Part shown: in pieces, positions 28,366 to 37,788 of the stretch | How the letters are laid out: each line of letters opens with the position of its first letter | How positions within the stretch are numbered: the stretch's first letter is position 1 | Assembly: GCA_965238005.1 (NCBI GenBank) | Contig: OZ250165.1 | Coordinates: 4,352,001-4,416,000 of the forward strand | Length of the DNA stretch: 64,000 bases | Direction of reading: 5' to 3' | From: Longimicrobiales bacterium | GTDB lineage: Bacteria; Gemmatimonadota; Gemmatimonadetes; Longimicrobiales; Gaopeijiaceae | The notes under the pieces: generated by a model | Database searches by the model: none | Seen by the model: only the letters and a program-made list of their open reading frames with translations | Told to the model about the DNA's origin: nothing | Program-made: the position numbers and the translations under genes

Positions 28366-29676
28366 CTACCGGCCACCCACTCCCTGACGCGGCGTCCCAT
28401 CCGTCGGCAGCTCGAGCGTCCGCCGCACCGTCCCGGCCTTTTCGGCTTCCACCACGATCGTCACACGAGCGGGTTGAGCGCCGTCGCGGATGCGCACCGC
28501 CCAGCCGACGATATGAGGCTCGGGAGTCCCTCCTCGAGCCCCGGGCAGCACACCTAACGAGACGACCGAATCACCCGAGACCGACTCGGCGTTCACCAGC
28601 TCCAGCCTGACGCGCACGGGTTCGGCGATGCCGAGCACTTCGGCGGCGTGAACCGTCGTAGGCGAAGTTCGTGTAGCCGGTGATCGCCACACCGTCTTTG
28701 GCGATCGCGCCGTAGGCCTCGAGGTCCGCGCGCGGGAAGTCCCCGTCCTGATCGGCGAGCGTCGGGAAGCGCAGGATCAGACCGCCACTGGTATGGAAGG
28801 TGTGGATGGCCGCCATGTTCGGCGCTCGGTGATATACGTCACCAGGGCATGCGTCTCGGGCTCCGACAGCGGAAACGGGCCGGACGCGAACTGCGCCGGA
28901 CTCCAGTTGGCGGGGAAATTCCGGTTCAGATCGACCCCGCCCACGCGGTCTTCGTTGAAGCGACCGTCACCATCGTTGTCGATCCCCTCTCCCATCAGCC
29001 GATAGCGGGGACCTTCGGGAGCGACGCCCTGAGCGCGGACCATGCGACGCGAGTCCGCGCTGTGCACCGTCCACTCGCCCTCGGGGTCCGGCACCCGCAT
29101 TTGAAGGATCCGCCCGTCACCGTCCAGGTCCTCCGGCGGGTCCTCGTCGACGAGACCGTCCCCATCTTCGTCGACGGGCCGCACGTTCCAGCGGTGGTTC
29201 TCGGGCGTGTCCACCGAAATCGCGCGTCCGTCCGGGTTCACGATGGGAACGACGTAGAAGACCCGTCCGTTCACCAGCTCGGTGATCGCCTGATCGTTCC
29301 CGTGAGCTCCCACGATCCGATCGAGAAAGGCCAGCGCGCCCTCGCCCCCCAGCACTTCGCCACCGTGGATGTTGCCGTCCACGTAGAACCCTGGCTTTTC
29401 GGTCCCGGGGCCCGTGGCGGGGTTGTTCACGTCCACGGCCCAGATCGGTCGTCCTTCGCGGCTCCGGCCGATCACGTCGAGCGTGACGAGCTGAGGGTAC
29501 CGGGCGGCCAAGGTCTCGAGGTAGGTGCCGATCTCATCCAGGGTGTGGTAGTGCTCGAACTGGATCAGCCCGGTGCCTTGGGCGGCGGAAGCCGCTGGGA
29601 GACGTAGTCCGGCGGACGCCGCCGGAAGAAGGAGTGTGGCGGCGAAAGGGATTGGAAAGCACGGGAAACGGAGCAT
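28366..29676 (-). pseudogene. M14 metallocarboxypeptidase, frameshifted and internally deleted
   Basis: GNIHGGE, VNPDG, DLNRNFP, SEPET; frameshift ~28820 before AIHTFHTSGG; second junction ~28660 jumps to the C-terminal domain. Confidence 0.8.
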
Positions 29677-29703
29677 GATGCCTCGACTTCGTCCGAAGAG
29701 CGG

Positions 29704-30195
29704 TCAGTGCCCCGGCCCCTGATCGTCGGCGGACGGGCCGTAGATCGCCGGGACTTTGCTCCCCATCGGTCGTAGGTACGTGCTGAGCTGTCCGCGATGG
29801 TGTACCGAGTCCAGGAGCATGATCCAGGCCAGCTGCATCCGCGGCGCCTCCATGATCATGTCCTCCCCGGCGAAGAACTTCGCCGGGCTCATCCAGGTCT
29901 CCTCGTTCATACGGCCGAGTCGCTCGATCACCTCCCCGAACGTCTGGTCCAGTGTCGCAACCGCGTCCTCGACGGTGTCGAAGGGCACCTGGTTTCGATG
30001 ATGGATCACGCCGTCGTCGAGAAGCTCGATCAGGTCCTGGTTGTGCCCGATCAAGTGTTCGATGAGATCTGTGGCGCAGCGGGCCTTGGGGTCGGGGCGG
30101 TGCCCTCGGCCCTCCTCGGGGACCGCGCCTACGACATTGCGAAAGAGTCCGCGCTCGTGCTCCAGGATCCCTTGCAGAAAAGCGGGCGTGCTCAT
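29704..30195 (-). CDS. DinB family protein
   Basis: HRPDPKAR..HL; DSVHHRGQLSTYLRPMGSKVPAIYGPSAD. Confidence 0.9.
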   Translation of the reverse strand: MSTPAFLQGILEHERGLFRNVVGAVPEEGRGHRPDPKARCATDLIEHLIGHNQDLIELLDDGVIHHRNQVPFDTVEDAVATLDQTFGEVIERLGRMNEETWMSPAKFFAGEDMIMEAPRMQLAWIMLLDSVHHRGQLSTYLRPMGSKVPAIYGPSADDQGPGH

Positions 30196-30378
30196 GGAGA
30201 TTCTCCTTATCGAAAAAGAGGTGAGGGTTCGAAGACGGATAATCTTGCCCCTCCGGAGCGGCGGGGCCACCCCCGACCGGGCGCCTGCACAACCTCGTTG
30301 CCCCTGGCTCGCTCACAAGCTACTCTGCGACTGGGGCGCGTCCCAGCGAACGGCCAACCTCGGGGGGTTGCAGTGGAC

Positions 30379-31179
30379 ATGCACGTCGATCGAAGGGCGT
30401 TTCTCGCGACGATCGGTGTCGGAGCCCTCGGAGCCATGTCGCCCGAGGACAGGGCCGAAGAGCTTGAGCACTACATGATCAACAAGCTCGACGACAGCGT
30501 GACGCCCGAGCCGGATCCCGCCGAGATCGAGTATCTGCAAGAGCGGGAGCAAGAGGTGCGGCCGCCTCGCGGAACAGGGAGACTGTTCACACCGACACCG
30601 GGCGGGCGCACCTTCGAGCCGCTTCCGAGCAACCCGACCTTGATGGACTTCTTCAAGCTGCGCTTCGCGCCGGCGACCCACGTGCTGCAGAGCGCCACGC
30701 ACGCGTTCGAGACCGACCAGCCCGAGCGGACCATCATGGCGTGCCTGCTGCACGACGTCATCCAGAACCTCATCAAGGTCGATCACGGATATTGGGGATC
30801 CCAGCTGTTCGCGCCCTACGTAGACGAACGGATCGCCTGGGGCATCAAGTATCACCAGGCGCTGCGGTTTTATCCGGACGAGTCGGTGGGATACGAGTAC
30901 CCCGAGATGTACAACCGCATCTTCGGCGAGGACTACGTCCCCGAGGACTACATCAAGCGGGACTACGAGTTCGCCCGGAACCACAGCTGGTACATGGAGG
31001 CGCGCCTGATCACGGTGAACGACACCTATGGGTTCCAGGAAGGCATGCAGGTCGACCTGGAGGCGTTCACTGACATCATCGGGCGACACTTCAAGCAGCC
31101 GAAAGAGGGGTTGGGCTACGACGGCAGCCCGGTGGCCCACATGTTCCGGTCGATCCAGTTCCCGAACCACCCCCTGTAG
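30379..31179 (+). CDS. HD-domain metalloprotein with twin-arginine-like leader
   Basis: DRRAFL; HVLQSAT, CLLHD, DHG, KYHQ, VND. Confidence 0.75.
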   Translation: MHVDRRAFLATIGVGALGAMSPEDRAEELEHYMINKLDDSVTPEPDPAEIEYLQEREQEVRPPRGTGRLFTPTPGGRTFEPLPSNPTLMDFFKLRFAPATHVLQSATHAFETDQPERTIMACLLHDVIQNLIKVDHGYWGSQLFAPYVDERIAWGIKYHQALRFYPDESVGYEYPEMYNRIFGEDYVPEDYIKRDYEFARNHSWYMEARLITVNDTYGFQEGMQVDLEAFTDIIGRHFKQPKEGLGYDGSPVAHMFRSIQFPNHPL

Positions 31180-31219
31180 CCGGCCGTCGGGATATGATCC
31201 CGACCGGAGGCACTCCCCG

Positions 31220-31918
31220 ATGTTCGGCCGCCCTCGGACAGCGCTGCTGCTCTACGCCGTCGCGATGGGCTATGTCGAAGCCGCGGTCGTCGTCTATCTT
31301 CGCGCCATCTACTACCCCGAGGGATTCTCCTTCCCGCTGAAGCCCATGGACGCCGGGATCCTAGCCGTGGAGATCGGCCGGGAGGCCGCGACCGTCGTCA
31401 TGATCTTCACCGTTGCGTGGGCGGCGGCTCGCTCCGGCTGGCAGACGCTGACCGGCTTCGCGCTCGTCTTCGGCGTGTGGGACATCGCGTATTACGCCGG
31501 ACTGCGGATTCTGCTGGGCTGGCCGGCGTCTCTCTTCGAGCCGGATGTGCTCTTCCTCATCCCCGCTGTCTGGGTCGGGCCGGTGTTGGCCCCATCCCTG
31601 ATCGCCCTCTCCATGTCGGCGGCGGCCTGGGCGCTCTGGCCGATGGATCACGGAGCCATCTCGCCGCGTGCGTGGGAGTGGTCGCTCATGGTAGCGGCGG
31701 GCTGCATGTTGCTCGCGACGTTCATCGTGCCCGCTGCGCTAGCCGGGGTGACGGGATTGGGGGAGGGAGTCTCACTGCCGGCGGTGAGCTACCCGTGGTG
31801 GGGATGGATCGCAGGAGAGTCCGCAGCCCTTTTCGTAGCGGTGCGATGGTGGATGAGAGGACGGAGGAATTCGACTCCTTTACCATTGGCTTCTGCTCCT
31901 TCAGGAGGTGAAGGATGA
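31220..31918 (+). CDS. Integral membrane protein
   Basis: Several TM segments; EAAVVVYLR, EIGREAAT, FGVWDIAYY; GGAGG RBS. Confidence 0.75.
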   Translation: MFGRPRTALLLYAVAMGYVEAAVVVYLRAIYYPEGFSFPLKPMDAGILAVEIGREAATVVMIFTVAWAAARSGWQTLTGFALVFGVWDIAYYAGLRILLGWPASLFEPDVLFLIPAVWVGPVLAPSLIALSMSAAAWALWPMDHGAISPRAWEWSLMVAAGCMLLATFIVPAALAGVTGLGEGVSLPAVSYPWWGWIAGESAALFVAVRWWMRGRRNSTPLPLASAPSGGEG

Positions 31919-33583
31919 GCAAGCGACGCGTGCGCCACGCGATACTCGGAGCAGCGCTACTCCCTTGGCTCGCGGCCGGTTGTGGGGGTAGCGACAGCGG
32001 GCGGGATACCATGGTGGACGGCGACGTCCAGGAGCGCCTGAATCAATACACGACCGTCCGCCTGTCGGCCGATATTGGCGCGCTGTCCGACGCGGATCGG
32101 GACGTGGTCCGGCACCTTCTCGGAGCCATGGACGCCATGGACGACATCTACTGGCAGCAGGCGTATGGTGACCGTGAGGCCCTGCTCCATGAGGTGGAGG
32201 GTGAAGCGGCGCGACAGCTCGTCGAAATCAACTACGGGCCATGGGATCGCTTGGACGGCGACGCGCCCTTCATCGAGGGCGTGGGCACCAAGCCCGCTGG
32301 GGCGAACCTCTATCCGGCCGACATGACGGTCGAGGAGTTCGAGGTCGCCGCGACCGCGGCGGCCGACGGCGGTGATGCGCTGCGCGACCTGTACACGCTG
32401 GTGCGACGCGTGGGTGATGGCTCGCTGACGACCGTTCCCTACCACGAGGCCTTTTCCGAACAGCACCAGACGGCCGCTGCGGCGCGCGTCCGAGGCTGCG
32501 GATGAGCCAGGGCTGAAGCGTTACCTGAGCCTGCGCGCCGACGCCCTCCTCGACGACGAATACCAGGCCAGCGACATGGCCTGGCTCGACATGAAGGACA
32601 ACGCCGTAGACGTCGTCATCGGTCCGATCGAGACCTACGAGGATCTGCTCTTCGGCTACAAGGCGGCCCACGAGGCCTACATCCTCATCAAAGATGAGGC
32701 GTGGAGCGAGAGGCTGGCGCGTTTCGCGTCGCTGCTCCCCGGGCTCCAGCGCGGGCTGCCGGTGCCCGCCGCCTACAAGCGCGAGATGGTGGGATCGGAC
32801 TCTGACCTGAACGCCTACGACGTGGTCTATTATGCTGGGCAGGCGAACGCCGGCTCCAAGACGATCGCCATCAACCTGCCCAACGACGAGGAGGTCCAGC
32901 TCGCCAAGGGCACGCGGAGGCTGCAGCTCAAAAACGCGATGCGCGCAAAGTTCGACCGGATCCTAGCGCCCATCGCGGGAGAGCTCATCGCCGAGGACCA
33001 ACGCCAACACGTCACGTTCGACGCGTTCTTCTCGAACACGATGTTCCACGAGGTGGCGCACGGCCTGGGCATCAAGAACGCCATCAACGGCACAGGCACC
33101 GTCCGGGAAGCACTCCTCGAGACCGCGTCGTCCATGGAAGAAGGCAAGGCCGACGTCCTGGGCCTGTTCATGACCACGAGCCTGTTGGAGAGCGGCGAGA
33201 TCACCGAGGGCACTCTCGAGGACTACTACGTCACGTTCATCGCCAGCATCTTCCGCTCCGTACGCTTCGGCGCCACCAGCGCCCACGGGCGAGCCAACAT
33301 GGTGCGCTTCAACTACTTCCAGGAGCGGGGCGCCTTCACTCGCGACGACGCTTCGGGAACCTACCGGGTCGACTTCGACGCGATGCGCGAGGCCATGAAC
33401 GGGCTCTCCGAGCTGATCCTCACGCTCCAGGGTGACGGCGACCACGATGGCGCGGCCGCTCTCCTGGCCGAGAAGGGCGTGGTAGGCCCGGCGCTCCAAG
33501 CCGATCTGGATCGTCTGGGCTCGGCGGGCATCCCGGTAGACATCATCTTCGAACAGGGCGAGTCGGTGCTGTTTCCCGGGTAG
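31915..33583 (+). pseudogene. Dipeptidyl-peptidase III (M49)-like Zn hydrolase lipoprotein, one frameshift at ~32490
   Basis: INYGPWDRL..GANLYP, then GPIETYED, AINLPNDE, FHEVAHGLG, EEGKAD; two ORFs in different frames with continuous homology. Confidence 0.8.
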
Positions 33584-33589
33584 GTACCG

Positions 33590-33645
33590 CGGTCCAGCCT
33601 CTGGCGCAGGCTCTTACCTTCGACATACGGCATCACATAGAAGAT
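33590..33645 (-). pseudogene. Ser/Thr protein kinase fragment
   Basis: FYVMPYVEGKSLRQRLDR is a kinase subdomain V hinge sequence. Confidence 0.6.
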
Positions 33646-33802
33646 TTACGGCGCCTTGAGGGACTCGCGTCTCATGATGGCCTCCTCGAGGGTCGGCGCG
33701 GAGGTGATGCGGCCGTGGTAGCGAACCGCGAAAAGCTTGAGCTGCGGCAGGTCGTTGTCCACATGGTGACCTGTTGGTGGACCGAACGGTCGTTCGCGCT
33801 TC

Positions 33803-33850
33803 GGAGAGGGGTATACGTATCTTTACGTCGTGAGCATACGTACACAGGTC
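33803..33850 (+). repeat. Second copy of the mazE promoter and first codons
   Basis: GGAGAGGGGTATACGTATCTTTACGTCGTGAGCATACGTAC aligns with the reverse complement of 17666-17706; encodes MSIRTQV versus MSIRTDV. Confidence 0.7.
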
Positions 33851-34805
33851 AACTATCGCGACTCCCCCCGTTGTGCGCGTGGGCGAGGACCTCCACGACG
33901 CCGGAGACGCCCATGACGACCCGTGCAAATCGGTCGTAGTCGATCCGGTCCGGCGTGTCCTGAGGCGTGTGGTAGTGGGGGTACCGGAAGGGCGCGGTAT
34001 CGGTGATCATGACGCCCGGGTACCCCTCCCGCCAAAAGGACCACTGGTCGGACCAGCCGATCCCGGGGATCCACCGCGGGGCGGCTATGCCTTCCGAAGG
34101 AAACTCCGTCGACTCACGGAACGCGCGAATGGCTCGGCGAGTCAGGCTGCGTGACCCCAGGTTCCCGACGAACCCGACGAAGTTGCCTTTGTCCGGATAG
34201 AAGAGGCTGAACGGGAACGGGTATTTCTGGCTTCCCGGTTCGTCCGCATAGAACCCGATCGTCTCCAGGGAGAGCATCGCTACAACGTTCTCGTCACGCT
34301 CCCTGCACCTTCGTGCATACACGCGACTCCCCATCAGGTCAGTTTGGAAGAAGGGGGGTTCTTCGTTCACGAAGGCCACGAGCCGGACAGTCCGGTCCAT
34401 CGTCCGTGCGGGCAGCAGCCGGGCCAATTCAAGGACGGCGGCCGTTCCGGTCGTGTTGTCGTTGGCCCCGGCACAACCGGGCACGGTATCGTAGTGTGCG
34501 CCAACGATCACAATGTCACCGGGTGAGGCGGTCCCGGAGATCTCCACCTCGATATTGCGGACGGTCAGGGAAGGGTCGAGATGGATGTCGTAGGTCTGCT
34601 CGGCGACCTGGTATCCGGATCCATCGAACGCGCGGCGGATGTACTCCTCTGCCCTCGCCAGAGCGTTCGGCGTGAGCACGTTGCGCTCCCCGATGTCGCC
34701 TGCGAGAGCCCGGACATGGGACTCGAGCCGGCCTCGCAGCTCGGTCTCGTCCTCGGTCAGTTCCGGTAAGGGGCCGTGAAAGGACCGGCCCGGCATGCCG
34801 AACAT
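33849..34805 (-). CDS. M28 family peptidase (possibly N-terminally truncated)
   Basis: VGAHYD, GANDNTTG, FVNEEPP, SDQ, YHTPQDT. Confidence 0.88.
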   Translation of the reverse strand: MFGMPGRSFHGPLPELTEDETELRGRLESHVRALAGDIGERNVLTPNALARAEEYIRRAFDGSGYQVAEQTYDIHLDPSLTVRNIEVEISGTASPGDIVIVGAHYDTVPGCAGANDNTTGTAAVLELARLLPARTMDRTVRLVAFVNEEPPFFQTDLMGSRVYARRCRERDENVVAMLSLETIGFYADEPGSQKYPFPFSLFYPDKGNFVGFVGNLGSRSLTRRAIRAFRESTEFPSEGIAAPRWIPGIGWSDQWSFWREGYPGVMITDTAPFRYPHYHTPQDTPDRIDYDRFARVVMGVSGVVEVLAHAHNGGSRDS

Positions 34806-34810
34806 TCAGC

Positions 34811-36208
34811 TCAATCCTCCGGACGCTCGCCTGCCGGAGCCATCTTCACGATACTCGGCTGGAACCGCGCTAAACTCTCCACGAGGTCCGCCTGGGCCGC
34901 CATGACCTCGTCGATATCCTTGTAGACCATCGGGGCCTCATCGATCCCGGCCGAAAGCAAGGTGACTCCCCGCTCATCGAGATACTTCTGAACGTCCGAC
35001 CACTTGAACATCTTTTTGGCCCGCGTCCGACTCATGACTCGTCCGGCTCCATGAGCGGCAGAGTTCAAAGACTCAGGGTGCCCCTTGCCGCGCACGACAT
35101 ACGTCGTACTGGCCATGGAGCCCAGGATGATACCAAACACTCCTTTGTCCGCCGGCGTGGCTCCCTTGCGGTGCACGATCACTGCCTCGCCATCGTGCTC
35201 CTCCTTCCAGGCGAAGTTGTGATGGTTCTCGAGGTCGAGCATCACCTGAGCGCCGAGATGTTCGGCGATGTGCCGGTGGATGCAGGCATGATTCGCCGCG
35301 GCATATCTGCCCATCAGTTCCATCGCCTCCCAGTATTCCTGGCCCTCCTCAGAGTCGAGGTCCAGCCACGACAGATGGGAAAGCTCATCCGGCAGCTCCG
35401 AATGTTGGCTCATGGCGATCTTGCTGTAGTGACCCGCGACGGTCGCGCCCGCGCCACGGCTCCCGCTGTGGCTCAGCAGGGCGAGATACTGGCCCCGCGC
35501 AAGGCCCAGATCGTCGTTGTCGACATCGAAAGTGCCGAACTCGACGAAGTGATTCCCACTGCCGGAGCTTCCCAACTGAGACCACGCCTTGTCCTTGACC
35601 TTGCTGGTAACCGCGGTAACCCTCCAGTCGTCGTCCATGACGGCGTGCTCTCGACGACGCTGGAAGTTTGCTCCGATTCCGAACCGCGTCTCCTTGTCGA
35701 TGGCCCCTTTGAGCCGGTCCGCATCGTCCTCGAGCATCGACGTTGGGAGATCGAGGACGGACATCTTCATCCGGCAGGCGATGTCCACGCCGACGGCATA
35801 GGGGATAACCGCGTTGCGAGTGGCCAGTACACCGCCGATCGGCAGCCCGTACCCCAGGTGCGCATCCGGCATGAGCGCCCCTCGCACGGCCACCGGAAGC
35901 TTGCACGCGTTCTCGAGTTGTCGCACCGACTCAGGCTCGATGTCTTGGCCCCACTGGCGGTAGGGCGCCGAGTCGACCCGGGGAACGTAGGACCTTCGCG
36001 CCTCCACCTTCGACAGCACAGCGGCTGCCAACTCGCCGAAGGTCCCGCTATCGCGAAACGCCTCGGGATCGGCCGCCAGGTCGCGAATCCGATCGCGAAT
36101 CGTGGCCATGTCGAGGCCGGCCCCTCTTGCCAGTCCGATCGCCTTTAGCGCAACCTGAACTGGTTCGCCCGAAGGAATGCCGAGGTCCCTCACTTCTCTA
36201 GCCTTCAT
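34811..36208 (-). CDS. rtcB: RtcB RNA ligase
   Basis: MPDAHLGYGLPIG, VGVDIAC, GSGNHFVE, HSGSRG, NHHN, HRKGATPA, HGAGR, DEAPMVYK; GGGAGG RBS. Confidence 0.95.
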   Translation of the reverse strand: MKAREVRDLGIPSGEPVQVALKAIGLARGAGLDMATIRDRIRDLAADPEAFRDSGTFGELAAAVLSKVEARRSYVPRVDSAPYRQWGQDIEPESVRQLENACKLPVAVRGALMPDAHLGYGLPIGGVLATRNAVIPYAVGVDIACRMKMSVLDLPTSMLEDDADRLKGAIDKETRFGIGANFQRRREHAVMDDDWRVTAVTSKVKDKAWSQLGSSGSGNHFVEFGTFDVDNDDLGLARGQYLALLSHSGSRGAGATVAGHYSKIAMSQHSELPDELSHLSWLDLDSEEGQEYWEAMELMGRYAAANHACIHRHIAEHLGAQVMLDLENHHNFAWKEEHDGEAVIVHRKGATPADKGVFGIILGSMASTTYVVRGKGHPESLNSAAHGAGRVMSRTRAKKMFKWSDVQKYLDERGVTLLSAGIDEAPMVYKDIDEVMAAQADLVESLARFQPSIVKMAPAGERPED

Positions 36209-36325
36209 CGTCGACCTCCCGCTTCGTGGTGCGATCGATTGCGATGGTCCAAGGGGAATTGAATTAAGCTCAGTCTGCTTCATCGGACACCGTGCGGATC
36301 GAGTAACCGCATATCACGAGGCATA

Positions 36326-37046
36326 TCACGAGGCCGAGTTGCGGATCTGCTGCACGAAGAACCGCACGATCTCGAAGTAGTTCTCGATCGAGATCCGCTC
36401 GTCGACGCCGTGAAGCCTGGTCAGATCCTCGTCCGTCATCCGCACGGGGATGAACCGGAAGATGTTCTCGGCGATCTCTTGGTAGCGCGGTGAGTCGGTC
36501 GTGCCCGTCGTCAGACCCGGAGCCACCACAACGTCCGGAAAGACCTGGTGGATCGTCCGCCGCAGCGTCTGGAAGGCGGGCGAGCTCGGGTCGGAGACGC
36601 GGGGCGGCTCGCCTGTGACCCCGCCATCTCCATAGGTAATGGAGTCGTCGTTCACCGTGGTGCGGACATGCTTGCGCACCTCGGCCGCAGTGTGGCCCGG
36701 AAGGATCCGGAAGTTCACCATCGCCGACGCACTGGTCGGTAGCACGTAGCGTCATCTTCCCGATCGCTTCCATGAGGGTGAGAGTGCCCGACTCCCTCTC
36801 GAAGTAGTTACGCAGGGCGAGGAACGGCTCAGGATCGAAGGCCTCCGGGTTCGCGTACGAGACCGTCCTGAACCTCAAGGCCTGGCTCAATCGCTCGATC
36901 GCGCCCGCCTCGTCCAGGCGGGCCGCGTCGATGGGCGCGACCTGGAGCTGCCTGCTCGTAAAGCGCGCGGTGTTCACCACCAGGATCGCGATCGTGCCGA
37001 TCAGGACCAGAGAGATCCCCAGAATCATCTTCATTACTCGGCTCAT
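36326..37046 (-). pseudogene. M20 peptidase (carboxypeptidase S/PM20D1-like) lacking its catalytic middle
   Basis: N-term TM and RLSQALRFRTVS; C-term VNFRILPG, GTTDS, RLHGVDERI; most of the metal-binding region is absent. Confidence 0.75.
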
Positions 37047-37440
37047 CGGTTCCCGCTCCCCGTGCCGGACCCGCCGGGATGTCCAGAGGCTACGATGGGC
37101 TCGCCGGGATACACCCCTCGAACGAGCTCCCCATCACGCACGACCAACCTTCCGGCGACCAGGACGTACTCGATCCCATCCGAGCCCCGGTGAGAAGCGT
37201 CGTACGTCCCAGGCTCACGCTGACGCGGGCGGGCATGTGCCCTGCCGAAACACCGTAGTTCACGATTGCCTTCCCTGCACGGTTCGCGATGAGATCTCCC
37301 ACGGGATAGGCTCCCAGCTCGAGATCCAGGGCCGTGGTCACTCCATCTCTGGCCTGAAGCGCGTTACTCGCGTTGTCCTGGCCGTGGGCATGGAGATCGA
37401 TGAAGCCCGGCGCGACCACGAGGCCGCTCACGTGGAGCGA
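37043..37440 (-). pseudogene. D-aminoacylase-like amidohydrolase remnant
   Basis: [36 protein letters not shown], then other frame TYDASHRGSDGIEYVLVAGRLVVRDG..PG..*; paralog of the gene at 1-439. Confidence 0.75.
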
Positions 37441-37740
37441 TGCCTCGAGCGTTCCCGCAGCCATCAACGCCCCCATCACGAGCTGCAGCCTCCACTGATC
37501 GGCAGTGGGCAGCCAAAGTACCACGCCCGGCAGCTCGCCCACCACCACAAACGTCAGAACCGTTACGGGCAGGAGACCAGCGACCGCGAGCCTCCACTGC
37601 ATCAGCTTGTGGTACTCGTGCTCCGTGAAGAGCGTCTTCATCCTCCAGGCGATGACTGCGAAGACGGCCAGGATGAGCGCCGGATAGCCGACGTAGGTGA
37701 AGGCCTTCCGCAGCACGTCGAACACCTCCGTCTCGTACAT
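37441..37740 (-). pseudogene. Membrane protein N-terminus fused to the amidohydrolase remnant
   Basis: AGGAGAG RBS, MYETEVFDVLRKAFTYVGYPALILAVFAVIAW; TM segments run in frame into amidohydrolase sequence. Confidence 0.45.
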
Positions 37741-37788
37741 GATGTCTCTCCTTGCGTGAGTCGCGTCACGAGCCAGAGAAGGCAACCG

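Noticed and set aside
32480..32510. TGA ending ORF 31915-32505 as Sec or programmed recoding
   Set aside because: Homology continues in a different frame with no redox motif or slippery site; a small deletion explains it.
36209..36300. sigma54 promoter or rtcR/Ro-Y RNA partners for rtcB
   Set aside because: No GG-N10-GC element and no partner genes seen; rtcB appears standalone.
36309..36332. 12-bp tandem duplication GCATATCACGAG at the peptidase stop
   Set aside because: Real, but only two copies and no associated element; likely a slippage or excision scar.
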